From Myxococcales bacterium (GTDB taxonomy: Bacteria > Myxococcota > UBA727 > VGSZ01), in NCBI GenBank assembly GCA_023248635.1, contig JAHFED010000015.1, positions 25,177 to 89,176 on the forward strand: DNA of 64,000 nucleotides, read 5' to 3'. Numbering within the stretch: the stretch's first letter is position 1; every line of letters begins with the position of its first letter. The translations under genes and the position numbers were made by a program. This document shows, piece after piece, positions 48,674-58,949 of this stretch. The notes under the pieces are model-generated. The model ran no database searches. It worked only from the letters and a program-made list of their open reading frames with translations, and was not told the origin of the DNA.

Positions 48674-49459
48674 ATGCTCTCGTGCGAGCGTGCTGGCGTT
48701 CCCGTCATTGGAGGCCCCGTGTTCCTGAAGTCCCGCTGGTATTCGTCGCGCATGGGCGCCCAGTCCACCCTCGCGCGCTGGGGCGAGACCGGCCAACCCG
48801 TGCTGCTGCTGCCCACCGCCGGCGGCGACGCCGAAGAGATCGAGCGCTTTCACCTCATCACCGCGCTCAAAGACCTGCTGACGGCGGGGAAGATCAAGAT
48901 CTACTCCTGCGACAGCGTCGCCGGCCGCGCTTGGTTCAACCGCGAAGGCTCGCCCCAGCACCGCATGTGGATGCAGGACGCCTTTCACCACTACATCCGC
49001 GAAGAAGTGGTCCCCGCCATCCGCATGGATTGCAAGAAGCATCACGGCGACGACCTCCCGATCTGGAGCGCCGGCGCCTCCATCGGGGCCTTTCACGCCG
49101 CTGCCCTGGTGTGCCGCTTCCCCGACATCTTCACGCGCGCCCTGGCCATGAGCGGCACCTACAACCTCATGCGCTTCATCGAGACCGACACGCCGACGGC
49201 GGAGTACTGGCGGGCCTCTCCCCTGCAGTTCGTGCCCCACCTGCAGGGGCGCCACCTCGAGATCTTGCAGACCCGCTACATCCACATCGCCACCGGCGAA
49301 GGACGCTGGGAGTCCCTGCCGGAGAGCTGGGGATTGGCCAATGTGCTGGGCGCCAGGGGCATTCCCAACCGGGTCGAGAACTGGGGCCCGGACTGGCACC
49401 ACGATTGGGTGACCTGGCGCGAGATGCTGCCCAAGTACCTCGGCGCGTGGACCGCCTGA
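48674..49459 (+). CDS. Esterase-family alpha/beta hydrolase (esterase D / S-formylglutathione-hydrolase-like)
   Basis: The nucleophile motif is GASIGAFHAA, preceded by ...PVLLLPTAGGDAEE.... The start may be the internal ATG 48749. Confidence 0.6.
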   Translation: MLSCERAGVPVIGGPVFLKSRWYSSRMGAQSTLARWGETGQPVLLLPTAGGDAEEIERFHLITALKDLLTAGKIKIYSCDSVAGRAWFNREGSPQHRMWMQDAFHHYIREEVVPAIRMDCKKHHGDDLPIWSAGASIGAFHAAALVCRFPDIFTRALAMSGTYNLMRFIETDTPTAEYWRASPLQFVPHLQGRHLEILQTRYIHIATGEGRWESLPESWGLANVLGARGIPNRVENWGPDWHHDWVTWREMLPKYLGAWTA

Positions 49460-49546
49460 GGCCGCAAGCGTCCACCCGGTCGGTGCACGCCGGGACAGAG
49501 GGCGACGTGCTTTGACGTGCCTCTCGGTGGCGCGAGACCCTGGATC

Positions 49547-52165
49547 ATGATCAGGTCCTTCGTCGTCGTCCTCGCGTTGACGTTCATCGGTCTCGCTGGC
49601 TGTTCGGCTGCCGAGCTGGCAGGGGAGGGCGAAGAAGGCGAAGGCGAAGGCGAAGGAGAAGGCGAAGGCGAAGGTGAGGGAGAAGGCGAAGGCGAAGGCG
49701 AAGGCGAAGGTGAGGGAGAAGGCGAAGGAGAAGGCGAAGGCGAAGGCGAAGGCGAGGGCGAAGGCGAAGGCGAGGGCGAGGGCGAAGGAGAAGGAGAAGG
49801 AGAAGGTGAGGGAGAAGGTGAGGGAGAAGGTGAGGGAGAAGGAGAAGGAGAAGGAGAAGGAGAAGGAGAAGGGGAAGGCGCATCGCAGCAAGAGGACTGC
49901 GACAACGGGGACGACGACGACGGCGATGGCAACGTCGACTGTGAGGACCCAGACTGCCTCCCCACAGCACCCTGCAATGCCTGCGGCAACGGCATCCTCA
50001 ACGCTGGGGAGCAGTGTGACGACGGCAACCTCCTCGGCGGGGACAATTGCTCCCCCACCTGCTCGCTGTGCGGCAACGGCCACACCGATCCCGATGAGGA
50101 GTGCGACGACGGCAACGGCATCAACGGCGACGGGTGCGACGTCGACTGTGTCATCAACTTTTGCGGAAACAACATCGTCGATCAGGGCGAGGAGTGCGAC
50201 GACGGCGGCGCCAACTCCGACGTCCTCGCCGACGCCTGCCGCTCCTCCTGCGTCTTGGCGTTCTGCGGCGACGGCACCATCGACGCGGCTGAGCTCTGCG
50301 ACGTTGGGCAGGGCGACGGCGGCATCCCCTGCGAAAACGACTGCACCTTCACCTTCTGTGGCAACCACATCATCGACCCCGGCGAAGAATGCGACGACGG
50401 CGACAACGTCGACGGCGACGACTGCCGCTTCAACTGCTTGTTCGAGGTCTGCGGCGACGGCTTTCAAAACACCGGGGAGGCGTGTGACGACGGCGACACC
50501 CTGAGCGAGGATGGCTGCTCCTCTGGCTGCCTGGTGGAATTCTGCAGCGACGGGATCACGCAAGCGGGCCTGGGTGAGGAGTGCGACGACGGCGACATCA
50601 ACAGCGGCGACGGCTGCCGCAGCGATTGCACGGCCGAGGTCTGCGGCGACGGGATCACAGACGCCGACGAGGAGTGCGACGACGGCAACGACCAGAGCCA
50701 GGATGGCTGCTCGTCGATCTGCCTGGTGGAGAGCTGCGGTGACGGCGTCGTGCAACCCGGCCGGGGCGAGGAGTGCGACGACGGGAACTCGAACTCCAAC
50801 CTCGGAGCGTGCCTCATCAATTGCAAGCAGGCTGCGTGCGGCGACGACTTCGTTCACCTCGGTGTCGAAGGGTGCGACGACGGCAACACCGACAACGGCG
50901 ACGGCTGCGATGACGACTGCGTCAGCTCGCGCGTCCTCGCCATCGAAGCCGGCTTCGAGCATACCTGCGCGCTGCTGCCCCCGTCGCCGACGGTTCCGTC
51001 GATCCAGCGGGTGCGCTGCTGGGGACGCGGCACCAGCGGACGACTCGGCTATCCAGCCAATGGAACCAACGCCATCGGCGCCACGAACACGGTCGCAAGC
51101 TTTGGGGACGTCAATCTAGGGGGGGACGCCGTACAGGTCGCCACCGGCCGCGACCACACCTGCGCGCTCTTGGCCGATCACACCGTCCGCTGCTGGGGCT
51201 TGGGGGCAGGAGGTCAATTGGGCTACGGCGCCACCGACAACCTCGGCGACAACGAGCTCCCGGCCCTTGCGGGGGCGGTGCCCATCGGCGGACCCGTCGT
51301 GCAAATCGCCGCTGGTGCCCAGCACACCTGCGCCGTGCTCGAGAACCAAAAGGTGCGCTGCTGGGGACAGTCGGTCGAAGGCGAGCTCGGCTACGGCAAC
51401 CAAAACCCCGTGGGCAACACTGCGCAGTCGCGGCTGACAGAGCTCCCGGCGCCCGACGTCAACGTCGGCGGCGACGTCGTGCAAATCGCCGCCGGTGACT
51501 TTCACACCTGCGCCATCCGCGACACCGGCACGGTGGTTTGCTGGGGCTTCGGCGGCGACGGTCAGCTGGGCTATGGAAACACGTCTACCGTTGGCGCTCT
51601 CGATGTCCCCGCCGCTCGCGAGGTCAACCTCGGGCCCGGCGCGGCAGCCATCCAGATTGTGGCCGGCTCCCGACACACCTGCGCGCTGCTCTTGGGGGGG
51701 GCGGTGCACTGTTGGGGATTGGGCGACAGCGGCCAGCTCGGCTACGGCAGCAACCTCGAGGTCGGCGACAACGAGACCCCTGCCGCCGCCGGCCCCGTCT
51801 CCATCTCCGCCACCGGGGCAAAGACGGTGCAAATCGCGGCCGGCGCTTCCCATACCTGCGCGCTCCTCGACACCGGCGAGGTGCGTTGCTGGGGTTTCGG
51901 AGCCAATGGACAACTGGGCAACTCGAGCAACGCCACCGTCAGCCTCGGTGGCCAACCACCCTCGGCGTTCGCTGTGGTCCCGCTCGGCGCCGACGTCGCG
52001 CAGATCACGGCCGGTGGTTTTCACACGTGCGCGCTCCTGGTGACCGGCAGGGTCGTCTGCTGGGGGAGCAGCAGCCAAGGTCAGCGCGGCTACGGCAACA
52101 CCACGACCATCGGCGACAACGTGAACCGCCCGCCCCAACTGGATGGCTTCGTGCCGGTGTACTGA
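49547..52165 (+). CDS. Lipoprotein: (Gly-Glu)n linker, multiple Myxococcus-type cysteine-rich (myxo-disulfide, TIGR02232-like) repeats, C-terminal RCC1/beta-propeller repeats
   Basis: [19 protein letters not shown] (lipobox) is followed by ~85 aa of (EG)n. About 12 repeats of ...CGNG/CGDG...EECDDGN...DGC...C... follow, then 7 or more repeats of HTCALL..G.VRCWG.G..GQLGYG (RCC1). Confidence 0.85.
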   Translation: MIRSFVVVLALTFIGLAGCSAAELAGEGEEGEGEGEGEGEGEGEGEGEGEGEGEGEGEGEGEGEGEGEGEGEGEGEGEGEGEGEGEGEGEGEGEGEGEGEGEGEGEGEGEGASQQEDCDNGDDDDGDGNVDCEDPDCLPTAPCNACGNGILNAGEQCDDGNLLGGDNCSPTCSLCGNGHTDPDEECDDGNGINGDGCDVDCVINFCGNNIVDQGEECDDGGANSDVLADACRSSCVLAFCGDGTIDAAELCDVGQGDGGIPCENDCTFTFCGNHIIDPGEECDDGDNVDGDDCRFNCLFEVCGDGFQNTGEACDDGDTLSEDGCSSGCLVEFCSDGITQAGLGEECDDGDINSGDGCRSDCTAEVCGDGITDADEECDDGNDQSQDGCSSICLVESCGDGVVQPGRGEECDDGNSNSNLGACLINCKQAACGDDFVHLGVEGCDDGNTDNGDGCDDDCVSSRVLAIEAGFEHTCALLPPSPTVPSIQRVRCWGRGTSGRLGYPANGTNAIGATNTVASFGDVNLGGDAVQVATGRDHTCALLADHTVRCWGLGAGGQLGYGATDNLGDNELPALAGAVPIGGPVVQIAAGAQHTCAVLENQKVRCWGQSVEGELGYGNQNPVGNTAQSRLTELPAPDVNVGGDVVQIAAGDFHTCAIRDTGTVVCWGFGGDGQLGYGNTSTVGALDVPAAREVNLGPGAAAIQIVAGSRHTCALLLGGAVHCWGLGDSGQLGYGSNLEVGDNETPAAAGPVSISATGAKTVQIAAGASHTCALLDTGEVRCWGFGANGQLGNSSNATVSLGGQPPSAFAVVPLGADVAQITAGGFHTCALLVTGRVVCWGSSSQGQRGYGNTTTIGDNVNRPPQLDGFVPVY

Positions 52166-52326
52166 CGAGAGCCCGGGGGGTGGCACCCAGCCGCCCAGAC
52201 GCAGCACCCTCGAGGCTCGCTCGTTGGAGCCGGCGCAGACGACGACGTGCACGTTTGGGGCGTGACTTGTTGTATTCCTGGCGGCCGCTCACGAACCTCA
52301 GGACGCCGCCGCCCGGGCAACGAGAA

Positions 52327-54318
52327 ATGACGATGGACGAGAACCGGACCCACAAAGCTGTCGACGGCGAGCTCGAAGGCGAGGGTCGGCGCGCCTACAT
52401 GCACGCGCTGCTGCGCGATCTGCACGCCCTCGACGCCATGGTCGAGCAGGACGCCTTCGAACGCGGCGTCAGTCGCATCGGCGCCGAACAAGAGATGTTC
52501 CTCGTCGACGACGCCTTCCACCCCACCAAGGGTGCGCTCAAGGTGCTCGAGCAGCTCGACGATCCCCGCTTCACCACCGAGCTTGGGCTCTTCAACCTCG
52601 AAGCCAACGCCGGCGCCCAACCCTTCTCGGGCACGGGCCTGTCGGACATGGAAAAGGAGATGCACCTGCTCTTTGAGAAGGTGCGCACGGCGGGGTCGTC
52701 CATCGGCGTCAAACCGATCATGGCCGGCATTCTCCCCACCATCGGCAAGACCGATCTCGGCCTCGACAACATGGTGCCCAAGCCGCGCTACCAGGCGCTG
52801 AACCGGGCCATGAACGCCGCCCGCGGCGAGGCCTTCGACTTCTCCATCCGCGGCATCGACGAGCTGGTGGTGCGCCACGACTCCGTCATGGTCGAAGCCT
52901 GCAACGCCAGCTTTCAGGTGCACCTGCAACTCGCCGAGCCCGAGCGCTTCGCCCACCACTACAACATCGCCCAACTGCTGCTCGGACCGGTACTGGCGGC
53001 GGGTCCCAACTCGCCCCTGCTCTTCAACCGCCGCCTGTGGGCAGAGACCCGCATCGCTCTCTTCGAGCAGTCCTGCGACGTGCGCACGCCGGGACTTCAC
53101 TTGCGCGACTCCATGGGCCGCGTCTCCTTCGGCCGCCAATGGCTCAAAGGCGGCGTCGCCGATCTCTACAAAGAAAACGTCTCCCGCTTCCGCGCCCTCG
53201 TCGGCACCCCCCTCGACGCTGGCGACGACGGCCCCGATGCCCTTGCTGCGGGCCGTGTGCCCACCATGAAGGCCCTGCGCCTGCACAATGGCACCGTCTA
53301 CCGCTGGAACCGTCCCTGCTACGGCGTCTCCGAAAACGGCAAACCCCACCTGCGCATCGAGCTGCGCGTGTTGCCCTCAGGACCCACCGTCGCCGACGAA
53401 ATCGCCAACGCCGCTCTGTGGCTCGGCCTGATGAGCGAGCTGGGAGCCACCGTCGACGACGTCGCCTCACGGGTCGGCTTCGAAGACGCGCGGGCCAACC
53501 TCTACGCCGCCGCTCGGGATGGCTTGCGCGCCAGGCTCACTTGGCTCGACGGCGAAGAGGTCGCCGTCGACACCCTCTTGCTCGATCGCTTGTTGCCCCT
53601 GGCCAAGGCCGGCTTGAACCGAGCAAAGATCGCCGGCGCCGACAGCGATCGCTACCTGGGCATCCTCGAGAAGCGCTGGCGCACCCAGCGCACGGGGTCG
53701 TCGTGGATGCTGCAGTCCCTCGCCGGCATGAAGGGCCGGGGCACACCGGGAGCGCGCTTGACGGCGTTGACGGCGGCCATCCATGCCCGGCAACAGTCGA
53801 CGCAGCCGGTGACGGAGTGGGAGCTGGCCCAGCTCGACGAGCACGAGAGCGCCAGCGCGCACTTTCAGAAGGTCTCTCAGTTCATGCTGACCGACATCTA
53901 CACGGTGCGTCCCGACGACCCCATCGAGTTGGTGTGGGACCTGATGACCTGGGAGCGAGCCCGCTACGTGCCCGTCGAGGACGAGCGCGGCCGCTTGGTG
54001 GGCCTGGTCTCTTACCGCGGTGTCATGCGCCACCTGGGCAGCGTTGCCCGCGGCAGCGTCGACAGCGCGTCGATGGCCCCCGTTTCGCAGATCATGAGGC
54101 GCGAGCTGATCACCGTGACCCCCGATACGCCGACGCGTGAAGCCATCGGCTTGATGAAGACGCACAAGATCGGCGCGCTGCCCGTGGTGCAGGGCGAGCA
54201 CATCGTGGCCATCGTGACCGAAGCCGAATTCGTCGGATTGGCCGCCAAGCTGCTCGAGGGCTTCGTCACCGAGCTGCCGTCGTCGTCGTCGTTGCCCTCT
54301 CCCGCTGAGAGGGGCTGA
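52327..54318 (+). CDS. GCS2-family carboxylate-amine ligase (YbdK-like glutamate-cysteine-ligase family 2) fused to a C-terminal CBS-domain pair
   Basis: The N-terminal ~400 aa is GCS2-like (...RIGAEQEMFLVD..., ...FQVHLQL...). The C-terminal ~150 aa has two CBS motifs (MLTDIYTVRPDDPI...; IMRRELITVTPDTPTREAIGLMKTHKIGALPVV). The start is ATG 52327 (MTMDENRTH). Confidence 0.7.
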   Translation: MTMDENRTHKAVDGELEGEGRRAYMHALLRDLHALDAMVEQDAFERGVSRIGAEQEMFLVDDAFHPTKGALKVLEQLDDPRFTTELGLFNLEANAGAQPFSGTGLSDMEKEMHLLFEKVRTAGSSIGVKPIMAGILPTIGKTDLGLDNMVPKPRYQALNRAMNAARGEAFDFSIRGIDELVVRHDSVMVEACNASFQVHLQLAEPERFAHHYNIAQLLLGPVLAAGPNSPLLFNRRLWAETRIALFEQSCDVRTPGLHLRDSMGRVSFGRQWLKGGVADLYKENVSRFRALVGTPLDAGDDGPDALAAGRVPTMKALRLHNGTVYRWNRPCYGVSENGKPHLRIELRVLPSGPTVADEIANAALWLGLMSELGATVDDVASRVGFEDARANLYAAARDGLRARLTWLDGEEVAVDTLLLDRLLPLAKAGLNRAKIAGADSDRYLGILEKRWRTQRTGSSWMLQSLAGMKGRGTPGARLTALTAAIHARQQSTQPVTEWELAQLDEHESASAHFQKVSQFMLTDIYTVRPDDPIELVWDLMTWERARYVPVEDERGRLVGLVSYRGVMRHLGSVARGSVDSASMAPVSQIMRRELITVTPDTPTREAIGLMKTHKIGALPVVQGEHIVAIVTEAEFVGLAAKLLEGFVTELPSSSSLPSPAERG

Positions 54319-54322
54319 GCCC

Positions 54323-55570
54323 ATGCAGCTCCAACCCAGCGTTGGCGCCGACCGCCAGGCGAAGTCGTCCTCGTCCGCTCCCACTGGGGCACCCTCTCCC
54401 AAAACTGTGGGCGGCCGGGCGTCGACACCTGGCGAGGCCACTACCGGAGTCGCTTGCGAGCGCGTGATGGGGCGGGTGCGGGGACAAGAGGCGGGACCCT
54501 CCCTCGTCGTCGTCGCTGGCATCCATGGCAACGAGCCCGCGGGGGTCGAGGCCGCCCGGCGGGTGCTCTTGCGGCTGGCCCAGGGCGACATCGCCTTGCG
54601 CGGTGAGCTGGTGATCTTGGGCGGCAACGTCGCGGCCTTGCGTACCGGTGCCCGCTACCTTCAGCGCGACCTCAACCGCGGTTGGACCGACGACGACGCC
54701 TTGCGCTTGCAGACCGCAACGCCGGGGAGCTTGCAGGCCGAAGATCGCGAGCAGGCCGAGCTTCTGGCGGCCATCGAGGTCGTGCGCTCGACGGCGCGGG
54801 GGGCGGTGCACCTCGCCGATCTCCACACCTCGAGCGCGCCCGGCGTTCCCTTCGTCATCTTTGGCGACACGTTGGTGCAACGGCGTTTCGTGCGGGTCTT
54901 TCCCATTCCGGTGATCATCGGCCTGGTCGAGCACGTCGACGGCGTCCTCTCGGAATTCTGGAGCCGCCGCGGCCTGGTGACCTTCTCCGTCGAAGGCGGC
55001 CAGCACGAAGACCCGCGCTCTCGCGATGGGCTCGAGGCCATCCTCTGGCTGGCGCTTTCCCAGGCCGGGATGATTGCGACGTCGACGCCGCCGGAGGTGG
55101 CAGCAGCGACCCGCTTGCTCGACCAGAGGCGGGGAGACCTGCCCCGCGTCCTCGATGTGGTGTCGCGCCATTCGATCACCGCCGCCGACGCCTTCGTCAT
55201 GGAGCCGGGTTTTCGCAACGTGCACCGCATCCCCAAGGGCTGCCTGCTGGCCCACGATCGCCGGGGGGAGATCCGCGCCAGCAGCGCCGGCGTCGTCGTG
55301 CTGCCGCTGTATCAAAAGCTCGGCAGCGACGGCTTCTTCTGGGCTCTCGAGGTCAGCGATGGCCAGCTGAGAATTTCTGAGCTGCTGCGTCGCCTCCCCG
55401 TCGATGCCCTCGTCACCTTGTTGCCAGGCGTGAAGCGCGACGCAGCCCAGCCGCGCCGCCTCGAGGTCTCGACCACCACCGGTCGCGCAAAGATCTTGTC
55501 GCTGCTGCGCCTGCTCGGCTACCGGCGAGAGAAAACCACGGGAACGACGTCGACGGTGGAGCGCGCGTAG
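54323..55570 (+). CDS. Succinylglutamate desuccinylase/aspartoacylase (AstE/AspA, M14-like) family deacylase
   Basis: Zn-binding motifs VVAGIHGNEPAG and ...LHTSS... are present. It begins 5 nt after the GCS2-CBS gene. Confidence 0.7.
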   Translation: MQLQPSVGADRQAKSSSSAPTGAPSPKTVGGRASTPGEATTGVACERVMGRVRGQEAGPSLVVVAGIHGNEPAGVEAARRVLLRLAQGDIALRGELVILGGNVAALRTGARYLQRDLNRGWTDDDALRLQTATPGSLQAEDREQAELLAAIEVVRSTARGAVHLADLHTSSAPGVPFVIFGDTLVQRRFVRVFPIPVIIGLVEHVDGVLSEFWSRRGLVTFSVEGGQHEDPRSRDGLEAILWLALSQAGMIATSTPPEVAAATRLLDQRRGDLPRVLDVVSRHSITAADAFVMEPGFRNVHRIPKGCLLAHDRRGEIRASSAGVVVLPLYQKLGSDGFFWALEVSDGQLRISELLRRLPVDALVTLLPGVKRDAAQPRRLEVSTTTGRAKILSLLRLLGYRREKTTGTTSTVERA

Positions 55571-55702
55571 TCGCGACGGACGTTTCTTGTTCAAAACGCT
55601 GGCGTGTCTTCCGCGCCAAATCTTCAAGTCGCTGGCGCGCGCGATGATGCGATGGAGATGGAGATCCCTTTGTCGACGTCGATGACGCGCTACAATTCAA
55701 CC

Positions 55703-56500
55703 ATGCGCTCGTTGTTCGTCGTCGTCGTCGTCTTGCTTCTCGCCGCCTGTCCCCAACATCCCGACGAAGGAGGCTTTCCCGCCGAAGGGGAGCTCGGTGG
55801 CGAAGGCGAAGAGGGGGAAGGCGAAGAGGGGGAAGGCGAAGGCGAAGGCGAGGGCGAGGGCGAGGGCGAAGGCGAGGGCGAAGGACCGCAGCCGGGCTTC
55901 GGTGCGATCTCAGGTCCTTGTGGGGTGCTCGATGACGAGCTCAGCAGCCCGCTGCCCTTCTATCTCGATGAGACCAGCATCGACTTCGGCACCGATCCCT
56001 ACGACGACGCCGACCTGCTGCTGCTCACCGCTGGAGGCCAAGAGATGGTCTCTGACGACAACGCCGGCGGGAACTCTTTGCTCTCGGAGGTGTTTAGCTT
56101 CGAGTTCTTGGCGCGCTGTGAAGGTGCAACCTTGTTCAAGACCGAGACCGAAGTCGAATATACGGTGAAACAGACGAAGATCACCGATCTCGTGGTGCTC
56201 ATCGAAGGCGTACGCTACGGTGTCAGTGTGGTGCGCACTTTCGTGTTTCCCGAGGGCACGCCCTTGTCGTCCGAAGAAGCCACCCGCCGTCTCGAGGGAA
56301 AGCTCGACGACATCTTGGTCAGCAGCGCCAACGTCGCCGCCTCCGATGCCTGGGACAAGCAGATCCTGGCCGTCATCGCCAACGAACCGGAACACCTCGC
56401 GGTCTGGCGCGCTGCCTACGATGATCTCGATGATGAAACCCGCGCTGATACCATCGTTTATGTGATTCTGACCAACGGCGACGACGCCTTCCTTCACTGA
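55703..56500 (+). CDS. Lipoprotein with a (Gly-Glu)n linker
   Basis: MRSLFVVVVVLLLAAC (lipobox) is followed by [27 protein letters not shown] and a ~200-aa globular domain of unknown function. Confidence 0.6.
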   Translation: MRSLFVVVVVLLLAACPQHPDEGGFPAEGELGGEGEEGEGEEGEGEGEGEGEGEGEGEGEGPQPGFGAISGPCGVLDDELSSPLPFYLDETSIDFGTDPYDDADLLLLTAGGQEMVSDDNAGGNSLLSEVFSFEFLARCEGATLFKTETEVEYTVKQTKITDLVVLIEGVRYGVSVVRTFVFPEGTPLSSEEATRRLEGKLDDILVSSANVAASDAWDKQILAVIANEPEHLAVWRAAYDDLDDETRADTIVYVILTNGDDAFLH

Positions 56501-56630
56501 TCCCCGCGCCGGCGGAGCCGGACGCGGGGCCCCCCACCAACTCCGCGTTCCGCGGGCGCCCTCCACGCGCATCATCCCGCGTCTTTCCCATCTCAGAACG
56601 TGGTCGAACATCAATCGGACGCGGGATGAC

Positions 56631-57134
56631 CTATCCGGGCGGCGGCTGCGGCGACTGCGGGGGCGGCGGCGGGGCAGGGTCTTTGACCTCCAAGCGCACC
56701 GACGACGACAGGGTGGCGCTCAGGTCCTTCTCTTCGGGCCAGAGCTCCACCAGCCAGCGGATGCGCCCGACGCGCCCGGGATCAATGTCGCTGGCTTGAA
56801 AGACCACGGGCCTGCGCACAGGACGGCCGGCCGGCACCGCGAGGCGCACCACGGGCGGGGGCTCCTTTTCGACGCTGCGGTTGGTGACGAAGACCGAGAC
56901 CAGCGCCGCCCGACAGCCCGGGTCTGGACAAGACCCAGGCGGCAGCAAGAGGGTGCCGTCGACGTCTTTGCGGGCTTTGATGGCTGCCAATTGCGCCGGC
57001 GTCTGGGGGCCGAGGTTCTGGAGCTCGAAGCGCACGTTCTCGGGCTGAAAGCCATCGACCCACAGCTGGATGGGCGTCTGCTCCGAACAAGCAGGCAAAA
57101 ACAAGGCGACGACGACGGGGAGGAGCAGGCGCAT
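56631..57134 (-). CDS. Hypothetical lipoprotein
   Basis: MRLLLPVVVALFLPAC (lipobox) with a Pro-rich C-terminus. The start is at the internal ATG 57134. Confidence 0.5.
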   Translation of the reverse strand: MRLLLPVVVALFLPACSEQTPIQLWVDGFQPENVRFELQNLGPQTPAQLAAIKARKDVDGTLLLPPGSCPDPGCRAALVSVFVTNRSVEKEPPPVVRLAVPAGRPVRRPVVFQASDIDPGRVGRIRWLVELWPEEKDLSATLSSSVRLEVKDPAPPPPPQSPQPPPG

Positions 57135-57222
57135 GCGATCTGCATAGCCAATTTTTGGCCGTGCCAACGGCCAAAACATCAGCACTTTGTGTCCCAAGCG
57201 CCAGTCGTGCGAACACAGCTTC

Positions 57223-58770
57223 ATGACGACGATGACGAACTACGGAAAACCCGCGAAGAAGGCGAAGAAGGTCACAGCCTTCCCCCGCTCGGCCGGGGTC
57301 TTGTTGCACCCGACCTCGCTCCCTTCACCTCATGGCATTGGCGACGTCGGCGCTGGCGCCCGGGCTTTTGTGGATTGGCTGGCCCATGCCGGCTGTCAAC
57401 GCTGGCAAATCTTGCCCCTGGTGCCCGTGGGCGAGAGCTGGTCGCCCTATGCGTCTTTGTCGGCGTTGGCCGGCAATCCGCTGCTCATCGACCTCGACAA
57501 CCTTGTCGTCCGCGGGCTGCTCACCAAAGAAGAGGTCGAGCCCAAGATCGCCTTCAACCGCGACAACGTCGACTGGGCCAGGGTGCCCGCCTTCAAGCAG
57601 TCGCGCATCGACACCGCTTGCGATCGCTTCGGCCAAACCAAGGCAGGCCAAGAGACGCTGGCGCGCTACCGCCACGAACAGCCTTGGGTCGACGACGACG
57701 CGCTCTTCATCGCCATCAGAAACGCCCACCAGGGCAAAGCGTGGTGGCAGTGGGAGGAGGGGCTTCAGGAGCGGGCGCCGGCGGCCATTGCCAAGGCCAG
57801 AAACGATCTCCGCACGCAAATCGAGAGACGAGTGCTCGAGCAGGCCCTCTTCGAAGAGCAGTGGCAAGGCCTGCGCACCTACGCTCGCAGCAAGGGCGTG
57901 AGCGTCATTGGCGATGCTCCCATCTATGTGGCCGACGACTCCGCCGACGTCTGGGCCCACCGCCAATTCTTCGAGCTCGACGACGAGGGGCAGCCGACGC
58001 ACGTCGCGGGTTGTCCGCCGGATGCCTTCTCCGAGACGGGCCAATGGTGGGGCTCGCCCCTGTACCGCTGGGACAAGATGAAGGCCGATGGCCACAAGTG
58101 GTGGATCGAGCGCATTCGCCGCAACCTGGCTCTCACCGACGTCGTGCGCATCGATCACTTCCGCGGCTTCGCTGGCTATTGGTCCATCCCAAAAAAGGCC
58201 AAAGACGCCCGCAGCGGATCCTGGCGCGAAGGACCAGGACAAGCCCTCTTCGACGACGTGCAAAAGGCCCTGGGCCCGAACTTGCCGATCATCGCCGAAG
58301 ACCTCGGCGTCATCACCGACGACGTCATCGCCCTGCGGGATCGGGTGGGCCTGCCGGGCATGAAGATCTTGCAGTTCGCTTTCGGCGCCGGCCACGACAA
58401 CGCCTACTTGCCCCACCACCACGTCGAAAACTGCGTGGTCTACACGGGCACCCACGACAACGACACGACACTGGGCTGGTGGAAGAACGAAGCCGATCAC
58501 GTGCGCGATCATGTGCGTCATTACTTGGGCCGCGACGGCAGCGACGTCGTCTGGGACTTCATCCGCTTGGCCCTGCTCTCGGTGGCCCACACCGCTGTCG
58601 TCCCTTTTCAAGACGTGCTCACCCTCGACTCAGGAGCCCGCTTGAACACGCCGGGCCTGGCCACCGGCAACTGGTCGTGGCGCGTGCGCCTCGATGCCTT
58701 CCATCCCAACCTGTCGATGCGCCTGCGCGGGCTGGTCGAGCTCGGTTACCGCCTGCCCCACGCGGGGTGA
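57223..58770 (+). CDS. malQ: 4-alpha-glucanotransferase (amylomaltase, GH77)
   Basis: ...[14 protein letters not shown]..., [20 protein letters not shown] and HDNDT are MalQ/GH77 hallmarks. The start may be 57187, 57223 or 57232. Confidence 0.9.
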   Translation: MTTMTNYGKPAKKAKKVTAFPRSAGVLLHPTSLPSPHGIGDVGAGARAFVDWLAHAGCQRWQILPLVPVGESWSPYASLSALAGNPLLIDLDNLVVRGLLTKEEVEPKIAFNRDNVDWARVPAFKQSRIDTACDRFGQTKAGQETLARYRHEQPWVDDDALFIAIRNAHQGKAWWQWEEGLQERAPAAIAKARNDLRTQIERRVLEQALFEEQWQGLRTYARSKGVSVIGDAPIYVADDSADVWAHRQFFELDDEGQPTHVAGCPPDAFSETGQWWGSPLYRWDKMKADGHKWWIERIRRNLALTDVVRIDHFRGFAGYWSIPKKAKDARSGSWREGPGQALFDDVQKALGPNLPIIAEDLGVITDDVIALRDRVGLPGMKILQFAFGAGHDNAYLPHHHVENCVVYTGTHDNDTTLGWWKNEADHVRDHVRHYLGRDGSDVVWDFIRLALLSVAHTAVVPFQDVLTLDSGARLNTPGLATGNWSWRVRLDAFHPNLSMRLRGLVELGYRLPHAG

Positions 58771-58949
58771 GGCGTGCGCATCGATTTTCGACGGCTGCTG
58801 GCCTGCGCCGAGGCGGCGTTTCTGACCGTGCGGTCGGAGCCTGCCCGACGGCGTTGGGCCTTTCCCGAGACACGAGGGCTGGCGACGTTGGTGGGGGGCC
58901 ACTTGCCGGCCATAGATTCAAGGGCCCGTCACGAGCCCCTTGAGGTCCC

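Noticed and set aside
51538-52326. N-terminal 263 codons of the 926-aa ORF
   Set aside because: They overlap the 3' end of the upstream RCC1 lipoprotein in another frame. The real GCS2 start is the ATG at 52327 (MTMDENRTH).
52090-53349. 419-aa minus-strand ORF
   Set aside because: It is antisense to the GCS2-CBS gene, whose plus frame carries clear family motifs.
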